The translations under genes were made by a program, and so were the position numbers. The notes under the pieces are model-generated. The model was given only the letters and a program-made list of their open reading frames with translations, was not told where the DNA came from and searched no databases. This document shows positions 18,881 through 28,857 of a stretch of DNA of 64,000 nt, one piece after another (the stretch's first letter is position 1; the number at the start of each line of letters is the position of its first letter). Where the stretch lies: assembly GCA_963666425.2 (NCBI GenBank), contig OY762825.2, forward strand, positions 1,024,001 to 1,088,000, read 5' to 3'. Origin of the DNA: Bacillota bacterium. GTDB lineage: Bacteria; Bacillota; JAAYKD01.

Positions 18881-19663
18881 TCATTCATACGAAATTTTAA
18901 TTGACTCGGCAAAAGCAATCAAGGTTTCTTTCTCTAAATTCGTTGCTACTAACACATACACTCTCTGATCGAACATCCACAATAAACTGACTCTGCTGCC
19001 TTTACAAATCAGCTGAGCGCGACTTTCGCCAAGCATAATTTCACTTACTTCAGCATTTTCTGTATCCAGCACAACGCCAGCCGAGGTTGGCATAAGCTGG
19101 AAACTGATCTTATCACCTGTAGTACGGAACACAAGCGACACGAGTGCAGGAGAATCGGTGATCGTATCCACCTGATACCCTTCCGGAAGCACGCCCCAGC
19201 TCAACACTCCTCCTGATTTTAGCTTTAACTGCCGATCCTTGGCTATCTGTGAGGCAGGGTCTGTCGATGTATCATCTGCGTTTTGTAAGGATTCATTTTC
19301 ACTTTGAAAATGATACTTCGTATATTGTGGAAACACTTGGTAATAAACATCATTGACGATCAAACGGAATGCTTCTACTTGCTGATAACCACCGATACCT
19401 AGCAGGATCACTAAAAACAAACCAGCAGTCACCATGGCCGCACGTCTGCCTAAAGTAAGCATGCTTTGCTGTAATACCGCCGTATGGATTTTTCGCTGCA
19501 TCTGCTGCAGTTCTGCCGGCGACAACTCTGCTTGCATGGCAGTGTCAAAAACAGCAGCGCGGCGCTGCACGATCACTTTGGCAGCTTCATTGAGCAGGAG
19601 CGCATCGCGGATCGTCAATTCCGGTATATCCGGGACCGGCTTATATTCATTCATTCCTTTCAC
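18881..19663 (-). CDS. Putative anti-sigma factor (DUF4367-like)
   Basis: Single TM helix, LPEGYQ and LDTENA motifs, C-terminal LIAFAESIK; overlaps the sigma gene. Confidence 0.75.
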   Translation of the reverse strand: MKGMNEYKPVPDIPELTIRDALLLNEAAKVIVQRRAAVFDTAMQAELSPAELQQMQRKIHTAVLQQSMLTLGRRAAMVTAGLFLVILLGIGGYQQVEAFRLIVNDVYYQVFPQYTKYHFQSENESLQNADDTSTDPASQIAKDRQLKLKSGGVLSWGVLPEGYQVDTITDSPALVSLVFRTTGDKISFQLMPTSAGVVLDTENAEVSEIMLGESRAQLICKGSRVSLLWMFDQRVYVLVATNLEKETLIAFAESIKISYE

Positions 19664-20204
19664 CTGCCATTTCTTCGTGAATCTGTTTCAGTTGATTGAC
19701 TGCCTTACTGATCCTTTTACTGACTGCACTTGCGGTGAGCTTTTTTTGCCGGGCGATTTCCTTCACCGGTAAGTCGAATGCAAACCGCAGCATGATATAG
19801 TCGACCGCATCCAGATCCTGTTTTTCCAATTGTTCCACTGCTTCTTGTAAAAGCATGGTATCGATGGAAGCATCCATATCGCTGAAAGACTCTGCCTGCA
19901 GATTGCTCGCTGCTTTTTCCGTAATGCGTTCTTGTTGTGCTTGCTTGGAAATCAGATCCATGAAAGCATTATGAGTCATCATGGCCAAATAGGCTTTTTG
20001 TTTTTGGCTTTCTTTTTGAGCCAATGCTTTGGTTATTTCAGGTTTCCTTGCTAAAATCAAAAAGACATCCTGGGCTGTTTCTAAGGCGATGTCCCTATTT
20101 TGGCTGAGCGCGTAAGCGATACTGAAAATATAGTTGCTATAAGTCTGAACAATTTGGTCCAGCAATTTTCTGTGGCTGGTTTGTAACAAAACCATCACCT
20201 GCAT
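19647..20204 (-). CDS. ECF RNA polymerase sigma factor
   Basis: Region 2 (YIFSIAY..ETAQDVFL) and region 4 HTH (VKEIARQKKLTASAVSKRISKA). Confidence 0.85.
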   Translation of the reverse strand: MQVMVLLQTSHRKLLDQIVQTYSNYIFSIAYALSQNRDIALETAQDVFLILARKPEITKALAQKESQKQKAYLAMMTHNAFMDLISKQAQQERITEKAASNLQAESFSDMDASIDTMLLQEAVEQLEKQDLDAVDYIMLRFAFDLPVKEIARQKKLTASAVSKRISKAVNQLKQIHEEMAGERNE

Positions 20205-20324
20205 TTCGGTTATTTTCTATCCTATTCTTTTTGCTGGACATAAAACCCTTTAATAGAATGAAGCAGCTAATCCCTCAATCTACGTTAGTTAACCTCCTCT
20301 CGTTCACTTTTCCTTTCACTATTA

Positions 20325-20352
20325 AGACGGAATTTGGCAGTGCGAAATTTCC
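20325..20352 (-). promoter_or_regulatory. ECF promoter, probably autoregulatory
   Basis: GGAAATTT-N14-CCGTCT upstream of the sigma gene. Confidence 0.7.
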
Positions 20353-20482
20353 ATATTATTCTGTAGATTTTTAGATATTTTAGTTTTATTTGTGAAGAGA
20401 GTGTGCTAAGACAGAGAGTTCCTATTTGGTATGATACCAGCACTGGAAGAAATAGTATTATGTTGTAATTTTTTGTAATGTA

Positions 20483-20509
20483 GGAAATTTCTCTGTAAAA
20501 CTTCCGTCT
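20483..20509 (+). promoter_or_regulatory. ECF promoter for the divergent small gene
   Basis: GGAAATTT-N13-CCGTCT. Confidence 0.65.
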
Positions 20510-20679
20510 TGTTAATAAAGCAATTTAGTTCACACCAATTTACACCAATTTTTGCTCCTAAATGTATCCTGTTTCATTAAACATGTCTGACGTTATCATG
20601 ATTTTTCTAACTCATTTTCAAGGGTCGGCAAAAAGCTGTTTCTGCGGCAATTCAATTTAAAGAAAGAGGTGTATCTGAC

Positions 20680-20967
20680 ATGGTTATTTACCAATTGTGC
20701 AAGGTAATCGAAGGCCTTAATGACTACCCCAGTAATGATGAGCGCTCTTTTGGTTACTATCTCTCCCTGCAAAAAGCAGAAACCCATCCGGAATATCAGA
20801 AATATATCAAAGAAGAAACTGCCATCCAGAAGAAAAAAGCACAATATGCAGCCAGTTGGAGAATGCTCAGCGATAAAGATAGAATCGCATATTATCACGA
20901 CCTGAATGCAGAAGAAGCAAACTGCCATTTTTATTGGTATATTCGAGAAATCAGCGTGATTGAATAA
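20680..20967 (+). CDS. Hypothetical protein (95 aa)
   Basis: RBS GAGGTG, followed by a terminator-like stem at about 20994-21030. Confidence 0.7.
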   Translation: MVIYQLCKVIEGLNDYPSNDERSFGYYLSLQKAETHPEYQKYIKEETAIQKKKAQYAASWRMLSDKDRIAYYHDLNAEEANCHFYWYIREISVIE

Positions 20968-21063
20968 AAAGTGAGACAGGAGTCAAAACAAAACTCTCTT
21001 GAGATGGACCATCATCCATCCCAAGAGAGCACTTATTCTATGATAGAGTCAATTAAACAAACG

Positions 21064-21957
21064 CTATTCGTCCTCTTCCGTTTTGCGGAATATTTCATTG
21101 CTGATCTTCCTGCCGGTTTGAGTCGCAGCGATACCACCCATGGCAGTTTCTCTTAATTGCATCGGCAGCATTTTACCGGTTCGGAACATGGCGTCAATCA
21201 CTTCATCAAGCGGGATGATGCTGCGCTGGCCCGCCAAGGCAAAATCGGCGCTTAACAGGGCGTTGACCGCCTGGGACGCATTGCGCTGCGCGCAAGGTAC
21301 CTGCACCAAGCCGGCGACCGGATCGCAAATCAAACCCATGATGTTCATCAAAGCGAACGCAGCGGCATGCAAAGCCGCTTCTGCTGTGCCACCAGCCAGA
21401 TCAACGGCAGCAGCGGCTGCCATAGCTGCCGCCGCACCGCATTCAACCTGGCAGCCACCTTCCGCTCCGGCTACTGTGGCGTTGCGCATGATCACAGCAC
21501 CCAAACCGGCAGAAACCAGAAGCGCGTTGAACACAGCTTCTTGGCTGCTTTTTCTGCTTTCTGCTACCGTAATCAAGACTGCCGGAATGATACCGCAGGA
21601 GCCCGCGGTTGGAGCTGCACAGATCCGTCCCATGGCGGCATTGGTTTCCGAACAGGAGAGCGCCCTGGCCATCAGCAAATTGAGAAAATTGCCGCAAAGC
21701 GTATCACTTGTTTGCGCATAGTCATACTGGGTCTTGGCGATGCCTGTAATCAGTGATCCAACGGTATAAAGTGGTTTTTGCAAGGCTTTGGCGGCGGATA
21801 TCTGCATAATTTCATACGTCTTCTCCAGGTGCTGCATCACTTCTTCTTTGCTGCACTCGGTCAGCTGCATCTCATTTTCCAGGATAATTTCCGAAAGAGG
21901 CACTTGACGCTCTTTCGCTTCCAGCCATAACTCCGCTGCATTGTTATACATACACAT
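21064..21957 (-). CDS. sdaAA: L-serine dehydratase, Fe-S alpha subunit
   Basis: APTAGSCG, GAEGGCQVECG, GLICDPVAGLVQVPC. Confidence 0.93.
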   Translation of the reverse strand: MCMYNNAAELWLEAKERQVPLSEIILENEMQLTECSKEEVMQHLEKTYEIMQISAAKALQKPLYTVGSLITGIAKTQYDYAQTSDTLCGNFLNLLMARALSCSETNAAMGRICAAPTAGSCGIIPAVLITVAESRKSSQEAVFNALLVSAGLGAVIMRNATVAGAEGGCQVECGAAAAMAAAAAVDLAGGTAEAALHAAAFALMNIMGLICDPVAGLVQVPCAQRNASQAVNALLSADFALAGQRSIIPLDEVIDAMFRTGKMLPMQLRETAMGGIAATQTGRKISNEIFRKTEEDE

Positions 21958-21963
21958 ATTCTC

Positions 21964-22629
21964 CTATCTGCAATTGATGATCCGCACCCGAAAGATTTGC
22001 GGATAATTGCATAGAATCGCATTGACTTCGGGAGGAATAAAACTATCTGTTTCAATCATGCAGGAAGCGGTGCCGCCTTTGGCGCTGCGGCTCAGCTTCA
22101 TGACGCCGATGTTGATATTGAAATGCGCTAGTACCGCAGTGACGCTGCTGACAATACCCTTACTGTCCTGCTGGGTGATCAAAATAGCGGGGGAAGTGGC
22201 CGTATATTCCATGGCGAAACCATCCACTTCGGTGATGATAATCCGAGCGCCGCCCAAAGAGGAGCCGATGATGCTGCTTTCGCCGCCTTTGCTTAAATGA
22301 AAGACCATCTTGACTGTATTTTCATGCGCGCTCTCTAATTCAATCGTCTGAAAAGTATACAAAATCCCTTGTTCTTTGGCCAATTCAAAGGACGTGGCTA
22401 AGCGCTCGTCATCTTCACGTAAGCCCAGCACACCGGCGACCAAAGCCCGGTCGGTACCATGCCCTTTGTATGTTTTGGCAAACGAACCATGCAGATAAAA
22501 ATCAACTTTTGTAAAAGGCGCATCAACAATCTGGCGGGCTACAAAAGCAAGCCTGGCCGCACCCGCGGTATGTGAGCTGGAAGGTCCGATCATAACCGGT
22601 CCCAATACATCAAAAACACTGATATTCAT
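21964..22629 (-). CDS. sdaAB: L-serine dehydratase beta subunit with ACT domain
   Basis: GPVMIGPSSSHTAGA, GHGTDRAL. Confidence 0.93.
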   Translation of the reverse strand: MNISVFDVLGPVMIGPSSSHTAGAARLAFVARQIVDAPFTKVDFYLHGSFAKTYKGHGTDRALVAGVLGLREDDERLATSFELAKEQGILYTFQTIELESAHENTVKMVFHLSKGGESSIIGSSLGGARIIITEVDGFAMEYTATSPAILITQQDSKGIVSSVTAVLAHFNINIGVMKLSRSAKGGTASCMIETDSFIPPEVNAILCNYPQIFRVRIINCR

Positions 22630-22764
22630 CGTATTGATACCCCTTTCTAAAAGCAATCTTTGCCTTTTCTTACATTATAAGGGTTCACTCAGCGAATTGC
22701 AAGTGAGGGAAATTGGACTTACATCATTTGCCAAAGCCGAAGCCAGCTGCTGTCTGCCTAAATG

Positions 22765-22813
22765 AAAAACAGCTTCCATCATGCCGGATTTCGGCATGAT
22801 GGAAGCTGTTTTT
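22765..22813. terminator. Intrinsic terminator
   Basis: Perfect 22 bp inverted repeat AAAAACAGCTTCCATCATGCCG. Confidence 0.9.
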
Positions 22814-22821
22814 TGTCGTTT

Positions 22822-24000
22822 CTAAATCAGTTTTTTTGCTTTGGCGGCCTCGTAGAGGCGCTGCAAAGCTTCTTCGATCACAAAAGTTGGGCAGGCAATG
22901 TTGATGCGTTCATAACCGCTGCCATCATCACCGAAAATATAACCTTCATCCGTAAACCAGAAGGCGTCATGCACCATGAAGTCTTCCAGCGCCTGATTAT
23001 CCAAACCGAATGCCTTAAAATCAAGCCACATTAGGTAAGTGCCTTCCAATGGGATGACTTTGATCATCGGCATCTTAGCGGCAAAGAACTGTTCCACTAC
23101 TGCGGCATTGTGGAAAATCAAGGCAATGCATTCGTCCAGCCAGCCTTCTGCTTGGGTATATGCCAGTTCGCAGGCTTTTTTGCCCAGCATATTGATACCG
23201 CGGGAGGTAAATTTGGCATACTGCTCGCGTAATTCCTTGTTGGGGATGATCACGTTGGAAGTCTGCAGACCAGCCAGGTTAAATGTCTTGGAAGGAGCGG
23301 TCAGCACGATACAATGCTGGGCGGCTTCTTCACTGATCGTAGCAAAGACAATATGTTTCATGCCCGGTTTGATCAAATCAAAGTGGATTTCATCCGAAAT
23401 AATCATGACATTGTTATCAATGCAGATGCGGGCTAATTTAGTCAATTCTTCCTTTGTCCAGACACGTCCGACCGGATTATGCGGGCTGCAAAGAATGATG
23501 GCTGTATTGGCCGGATCTTTGGCTTTCGCTTCCAGATCAGCATAATCCATCTCGTAGCGGCTGCCAACGAGCTTAAGAGGATTGTTGACCATGGTGCGGC
23601 TGTTCAGCTCAACCTGCATTTTGAACGGATAATAAACCGGCTGCTGCACGATAACACCGTCGCCGGGTTTCGTATAAGCTTGAACGGCTGCTCCTACGCC
23701 ACTGACCACGCCGGCGCTGAAGAGAATCCAATCTTTTTCTACCTTCCAATTGTGACGGCGCTGCATCCAGTCAATCAATGCCTGGTAATAGGCATCGCTG
23801 GTTGCCGTATAGCCTAAAATTGTCTCAGCAATATAGTCCTGTAAACCTTGCACGATCTCAGGTGCGTTCTTCAGTTCCATATCGGCGACAGACAATGGCA
23901 CAATCGTGTCCGGAACATTGGGATTCTTTACCTTCATCCCTGCCCATTTGGATGAACCCTGGGCATGACGATTGATCAGAGTTGTAAAATCATGCTGCAT
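22822..24000 (-). CDS. MalY/PatB family PLP-dependent cystathionine beta-lyase
   Basis: VADME, LCSPHNPVGRVW, SDEIH, APSKTFNLAGL. Confidence 0.9.
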   Translation of the reverse strand: MQHDFTTLINRHAQGSSKWAGMKVKNPNVPDTIVPLSVADMELKNAPEIVQGLQDYIAETILGYTATSDAYYQALIDWMQRRHNWKVEKDWILFSAGVVSGVGAAVQAYTKPGDGVIVQQPVYYPFKMQVELNSRTMVNNPLKLVGSRYEMDYADLEAKAKDPANTAIILCSPHNPVGRVWTKEELTKLARICIDNNVMIISDEIHFDLIKPGMKHIVFATISEEAAQHCIVLTAPSKTFNLAGLQTSNVIIPNKELREQYAKFTSRGINMLGKKACELAYTQAEGWLDECIALIFHNAAVVEQFFAAKMPMIKVIPLEGTYLMWLDFKAFGLDNQALEDFMVHDAFWFTDEGYIFGDDGSGYERINIACPTFVIEEALQRLYEAAKAKKLI

Positions 24001-24119
24001 AGTAATAGCCTCCTGTTGAATTTTTTTATTCTTTTTATCTAATCACTTTTTGCTTGCTTTGTCAAGTTTTTTTAAAAACTATAAAATTAAAACTGCTGCC
24101 AAATCCCTTCTTGCACCGC

Positions 24120-24458
24120 TCAAATCGTGATGATAGAAGCATTGCTTTTCAGCAATTCCGTCAAAGGTTTTCCCCAGGGAATTACTTCCACATTCAGCGC
24201 CTGCAGTTGTTCAACGACACCAAATTGGGTGGCGCAGGCGATGCAAGCAGACAGCTTTACACCGCTTTGTCTTGCTAGTTCCATTTTATCCTGAATGGAT
24301 TGGTCTTCTGCGGCAAGTTTTGCCGAAGCACCCCAAATAATCACGGTAACTTCACTCCACCAACCTTTGAGCTTACTGTTGATCGCATACATAAAAACCA
24401 TGAGGTGCGCCGTATTGACATCATTTGTTGTCCATAAAATATAAAGATGATCGTTCAT
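24120..24458 (-). CDS. DsrE family protein
   Basis: ILWT, VIIWGASAK, ACIACA. Confidence 0.8.
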   Translation of the reverse strand: MNDHLYILWTTNDVNTAHLMVFMYAINSKLKGWWSEVTVIIWGASAKLAAEDQSIQDKMELARQSGVKLSACIACATQFGVVEQLQALNVEVIPWGKPLTELLKSNASIITI

Positions 24459-24515
24459 GTTCTCCTGCCTGCTTTCTGTCGTGTTGCTATCTGACCCGAA
24501 GTAGAATTCATGCGC

Positions 24516-25835
24516 TTACCGGACGACTACACCAACCAAACCACCCTGCCGCAGGCTCGTGATGCGTACCGTCACCAATTCGCCGCCTTTGCCAAGTTTG
24601 CCTTCGAACACTGCCTGCACACGTAGATATTTGTCGCTGTAGCCTTCCGCAAGCCCATTGCGGCTGCTGTTTTCTTCCAAAAGCACCTGCACTTCTTTAC
24701 CAATAAAAGTTTTTGCATAAGCGGCAGCCATTTGATCGGCTAAACCGCGCATTTGTTTGCTGCGCGTCTCCTGTACCTCTTTTGGGATCTGATCCGGTCT
24801 TTTAGCGGCAGGTGTACCTTTGCGGGCCGAATAACGAAAAATATGCATGCGGCTGAACTGCATTTCCCGGCAGAAGGCCAGGGTTTCAGCGACCTCACTT
24901 TCCGTTTCACCGGGAAAGCCGACAATCAGATCCGTGGTCAGCGCTAGACCGGGTAATCGCTCGCGTAAGCGGCTGACCAGCTGACGGTAGTAAGCAGTAT
25001 CATAATGGCGGTTCATGCGCTGCAGCACCCCGTCGCTGCCGCTCTGCAGCGGAATGTGCAGATGACGGCAGAATTTAGGCTCGTTTGCCACAAAATCGAT
25101 GAATTCCTCATTGACATCCAACGGTTCAATCGAAGAAATACGCAGACGGCGCAGGTCTTGCACCTTGGCTAAGGTTTGCAGTAATTGGGTCAGATTGCTT
25201 TTTGGCGTAAAATCACGGCCCCAGGAAGAGAGGTTGATGCCGGTCAGGACTACTTCTTTATAACCCTGTGCCGCCAGAGCAGTCGCCTCCTGCAGCACAT
25301 GCTGCAGCGTTCGGCTGCGCTCCGGTCCCCGCAAATAGGGGATGATGCAATAACTGCAGTAATTGTTGCAGCCTTCCTGAATCTTGATCATCGGCCGGCT
25401 ATAATCGGCCTGATCGCTGCCCGGCAGTTCTTCAAATATTTCTTTTTCCTCAAATGGCCGCACCAGAGAAAGCACAGTTTGATTGGTTGTTTGCTGTTCC
25501 TCTTCTTTTAACTGCTGCAAAAGGTTGAGACGGTCTGCAGTACCGACGATAAATTTCACCCCTGGCATCGCGGCAATCGTTTCCGGCTCCAGTTGCGCAT
25601 AGCAACCCATCACCACAATCTGTGCCTGCTCGTTGCGGCGGTGCGCCTGGTGAATCTGCTGACGCGATTTCGCTACGGCCTGCTGCGTGACCGCGCAGGT
25701 ATGCACCAGATATAAGTCCGCTTCCTCTTCCCAGGCTACCATGGTATAACCGGCGCTTTTCAACTGCCCGGCAATGCTTTCACTTTCATATTGATTGACT
25801 TTACATCCTAAGGAATAAACAGCTGCGCGCTTCAT
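24516..25835 (-). CDS. mtaB: tRNA t6A37 methylthiotransferase
   Basis: LGCKVNQYES, CNNYCSYC, TRAM-like C-terminus, conserved position. Confidence 0.95.
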   Translation of the reverse strand: MKRAAVYSLGCKVNQYESESIAGQLKSAGYTMVAWEEEADLYLVHTCAVTQQAVAKSRQQIHQAHRRNEQAQIVVMGCYAQLEPETIAAMPGVKFIVGTADRLNLLQQLKEEEQQTTNQTVLSLVRPFEEKEIFEELPGSDQADYSRPMIKIQEGCNNYCSYCIIPYLRGPERSRTLQHVLQEATALAAQGYKEVVLTGINLSSWGRDFTPKSNLTQLLQTLAKVQDLRRLRISSIEPLDVNEEFIDFVANEPKFCRHLHIPLQSGSDGVLQRMNRHYDTAYYRQLVSRLRERLPGLALTTDLIVGFPGETESEVAETLAFCREMQFSRMHIFRYSARKGTPAAKRPDQIPKEVQETRSKQMRGLADQMAAAYAKTFIGKEVQVLLEENSSRNGLAEGYSDKYLRVQAVFEGKLGKGGELVTVRITSLRQGGLVGVVVR

Positions 25836-26582
25836 CTAAAAACTCTCCATTTCATGATAATGATACAAGACCATGGTGCAAAAAGCCATGGCTGCCGTTT
25901 CCGTCCGCAGGATGCGCGGTCCGAAGGAAACCGAAGTTGCTCCGGCTCCAACGGCTGCAGCGGCTTCCTGCGCTGTCAAGCCGCCTTCCGGTCCGACGAT
26001 CAGAGCCATGCACTGGGGCCGGGGTATCGTCTGCAGCACCGGCAGCAAACTGTTCGCCGTTTCTTTTTCCCAAGCCAGCAGCACGCTGTCATAAGAAGTG
26101 AGCTGCTGCAGAAAACGTTCATAGGGTATCGCTTCCAACACGGCCGGGCATTTACCGCGCTGCGATTGTTCCGCCGCTTCCTGCACAATTTTTTGCCAGC
26201 GTTCCTGTTTTTTCTCCTGCTCAGCACTTTTGATCTGGACCACCGTGCGCTCACTAATCAGAGGCTGGAAACTGCTGACTCCCAGTTCGGTGCATTTCTG
26301 CAGAATAAAATCCCAGCGTTCTCCTTTGGGCAAGCATTGCGCCAGAGTGATCTGCAGATGCGGTTCGCTATGTTCCTCTGTCACCGCCACGATTTCCCCG
26401 ACAGCCAGCGCTGCCTCCAGGGTTTGCAGGACAACACGATAAAGCTGCCCCCGCCCGTTGGGACAAAGAATTTCATCCCCAGCTTGCATGCGCAGTACTT
26501 TTGCCATATGATGGGCATCTTCAGCCTTGAGGAAAACCTGATTTGCCCTGATCTGTGCGTCGGTTATAAAAAAGCGTGTCAT
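25836..26582 (-). CDS. rsmE: 16S rRNA m3U1498 methyltransferase
   Basis: KCTELGV, EAAEQS, VGPEGG, RILRTETA. Confidence 0.95.
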   Translation of the reverse strand: MTRFFITDAQIRANQVFLKAEDAHHMAKVLRMQAGDEILCPNGRGQLYRVVLQTLEAALAVGEIVAVTEEHSEPHLQITLAQCLPKGERWDFILQKCTELGVSSFQPLISERTVVQIKSAEQEKKQERWQKIVQEAAEQSQRGKCPAVLEAIPYERFLQQLTSYDSVLLAWEKETANSLLPVLQTIPRPQCMALIVGPEGGLTAQEAAAAVGAGATSVSFGPRILRTETAAMAFCTMVLYHYHEMESF

Positions 26583-27520
26583 CGTTCCTTGCGGGCTGCC
26601 ATGGCAATCCATTCCCCTTCCTGCCTGATTTCCAACAGCGTCAACTGTGATGCCCGGATCGCAGCCGCGACATCTTCCTGACGGCCGGTAATAATACCGC
26701 TGGCTAATAAAACGCCTCCCGGCAGCAGCACGCGCTGCAAATCAGGCAGCATGGCAATAATAGCATTCGCCACAATATTGGCTGTGATCAACGCGACCGG
26801 TTGACGGACCTGATCGGTCAGATTACCATGGATCACCGTGACTTTTTCTGACAACTGATTGAGCTTGAGGTTATCTTTGGTGCTGGTCACTGCCTGTTCA
26901 TCCAAATCCACTGCAATCAAACTGCCGGCTCCCAGCAAGGCGGCGGCGATGGTCAGGATACCGGAGCCGCAGCCGACATCGAGAAAAGAACAGCCGGGCT
27001 GCAGATAATCTTCCAGGAGCTGCAGGCAAAGCCGCGTGGTCGGGTGGGTGCCGGTACCAAAGGCTAAACCCGGATCCAGGGCGATCTCCAATTCTCCCGG
27101 CGTTGGCTCGACCGCTTGCCAAACCGGCCGGATCAGCAGCCGCTTGCCAACCCGCAATGGTTTATAATAAGCTTTCCAGGCGGTTGCCCAGTCGTTATCC
27201 AAGACGATTTCGCTCTTGACGAGACAGGAACCTGCCTCGAGTCCATATTCCGGCAGACGCCGGACTGCCTGCTGAATTTGAATCACCGTCTCCGCCGCCC
27301 AGTCACTTTGCTGCAGCCAGGCTTTCACGATGACTTCTCCATTTGGGTCCGAGTTTTCCGGAAGTTCTACATAATCCCAGCTGCCAGGCTGCAGACTGCA
27401 TTCCAGCAAGGCGCGCGGGTCATCAATGGCCACTCCAGCGGCACCGGCATCCATCAGGATGGCTGAGACAGCTTCCACTGCCTCCCGGTTGACCGAGACT
27501 GCTACTTCAATCCATTCCAT
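26579..27520 (-). CDS. prmA: Ribosomal protein L11 methyltransferase
   Basis: DPGLAFGTGTHPTT, LDVGCGSGIL. Confidence 0.95.
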   Translation of the reverse strand: MEWIEVAVSVNREAVEAVSAILMDAGAAGVAIDDPRALLECSLQPGSWDYVELPENSDPNGEVIVKAWLQQSDWAAETVIQIQQAVRRLPEYGLEAGSCLVKSEIVLDNDWATAWKAYYKPLRVGKRLLIRPVWQAVEPTPGELEIALDPGLAFGTGTHPTTRLCLQLLEDYLQPGCSFLDVGCGSGILTIAAALLGAGSLIAVDLDEQAVTSTKDNLKLNQLSEKVTVIHGNLTDQVRQPVALITANIVANAIIAMLPDLQRVLLPGGVLLASGIITGRQEDVAAAIRASQLTLLEIRQEGEWIAMAARKER

Positions 27521-27556
27521 CTACGCTCTCTCCTTTTCTCGTACAAAGCCAAAAAA

Positions 27557-27621
27557 GGCTGTTGTAAGACGATGCTTCAAAATCACGTTTTGTGATTTCG
27601 AACCATTGCTTTGCAACAGCC
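27557..27621. terminator. Long intergenic hairpin between dnaJ and prmA
   Basis: GGCTGTTG...CAACAGCC outer stem with inner AAATCAC/GTGATTT. Confidence 0.65.
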
Positions 27622-27630
27622 CCTTTCTAT

Positions 27631-28785
27631 TTAATTGCTTTTGAATTTGTCCTTCATCTTATCGAAAAAGCTTTTTCCGGCAGACAAAACCGATTCGTCC
27701 CCCATCGTCTGGGCAAATTGATACAAAGCTTCTTTCTGTTTATCGTTCAGCTTACGAGGGATATCCACCTTAACCTGCACCTGCATATCGCCTTTGCCAT
27801 AGCCGGTGAGAGAGGGGAAGCCTTTATCGCGTAAACGGAAGAAGGTATTCGGCTCGGTCCCTTCCGGTATCTTCAGGGTAGCCATCCCTTCCAGCGTCAT
27901 TGTTTTGATCTCGCCGCCCAGCACGGCTTGAGCGTAGCTGATCGTCGCTTCGCTGATCAGATCGTCGCCTTTACGGGAGAAATATTTGTGCGGAGTGACG
28001 GTAATCACAACATATAAATCCCCGTTGGGTCCGCCTTTTTCGCCCGGTTCACCTTCCCCAGTCAAGCGCAGCCGCCTGCCGTTCTCAATCCCAGCCGGTA
28101 CTTTCACTTTTACAGGACGGCGACGGCGGGTTTTCCCGCTGCCCTTACAATTGGGACAAGGTTCCTTGATCACTTTGCCTGTGCCGCCGCAGTGGCTGCA
28201 GGTTCTGACGCTCATCATATTGCCCAGCATCGTCCGCTGCACCGTTTGCACCTGTCCGCTGCCTTTGCAGACAGGACAAGTGTCTACCTGAGAACCCGGC
28301 TTGGCGCCGCTGCCGCCGCAGGTGGGACAATTTTCTTCTCGCTGCACCTGAACTTCTTTTTCCACGCCAAAATAACTTTCTTCAAAAGAAATGGTCAGAT
28401 TGATGCGCAAATCGTTGCCCTTGACGGGACCGTTACGCTGAGCGCTGCCGCGGCCACCCATACCACCGGAGAAAAAAGTATCGAAAATATCACTGATATC
28501 GCCGAAACCGCCGCCGTTAAATCCGCCGCCACCGGGAGCGCCGCCCATATTTTGTTCCTGATCAAAGGCCGCATGGCCGTATTGATCGTAGAGCGCGCGT
28601 TTCTGACTGTCGGAAAGCACATCATAGGCTTCTTTGACTTCTTTGAATTTTTCCGCCGTATTGGGATCATCAGGATTGGCATCCGGGTGCAGCTCCCGAG
28701 CCAGTTTGCGATAGGCTTTTTTAATTGCCGCCTCATCAGCACTTTTCTCAATGCCCAGCAGCTCATAATAATCTCGTTTTGCCAT
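27631..28785 (-). CDS. dnaJ: Chaperone DnaJ
   Basis: HPD motif, G/F-rich region, four CxxCxGxG repeats. Confidence 0.97.
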   Translation of the reverse strand: MAKRDYYELLGIEKSADEAAIKKAYRKLARELHPDANPDDPNTAEKFKEVKEAYDVLSDSQKRALYDQYGHAAFDQEQNMGGAPGGGGFNGGGFGDISDIFDTFFSGGMGGRGSAQRNGPVKGNDLRINLTISFEESYFGVEKEVQVQREENCPTCGGSGAKPGSQVDTCPVCKGSGQVQTVQRTMLGNMMSVRTCSHCGGTGKVIKEPCPNCKGSGKTRRRRPVKVKVPAGIENGRRLRLTGEGEPGEKGGPNGDLYVVITVTPHKYFSRKGDDLISEATISYAQAVLGGEIKTMTLEGMATLKIPEGTEPNTFFRLRDKGFPSLTGYGKGDMQVQVKVDIPRKLNDKQKEALYQFAQTMGDESVLSAGKSFFDKMKDKFKSN

Positions 28786-28857
28786 AACCTCACACCCTTT
28801 AAGTAGCCCTGCCATGAGATCAGCCTCTCATTGCAGGGCTACACGTCATTGATTTAC

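Noticed and set aside
20980-21062. GAGTCAA..AACAAA repeat flanking a terminator
   Set aside because: Too short and AT-rich to distinguish from chance.
25854-26681. 275 aa plus-strand ORF, and similar antisense ORFs over hutU, sdaAA, dnaJ, dnaK and the radical SAM gene
   Set aside because: They lie antisense to clear conserved genes and show no recognisable motifs.
28803-28842. Hairpin between dnaK and dnaJ
   Set aside because: An ordinary intra-operon stem-loop of the kind known from dnaK operons.
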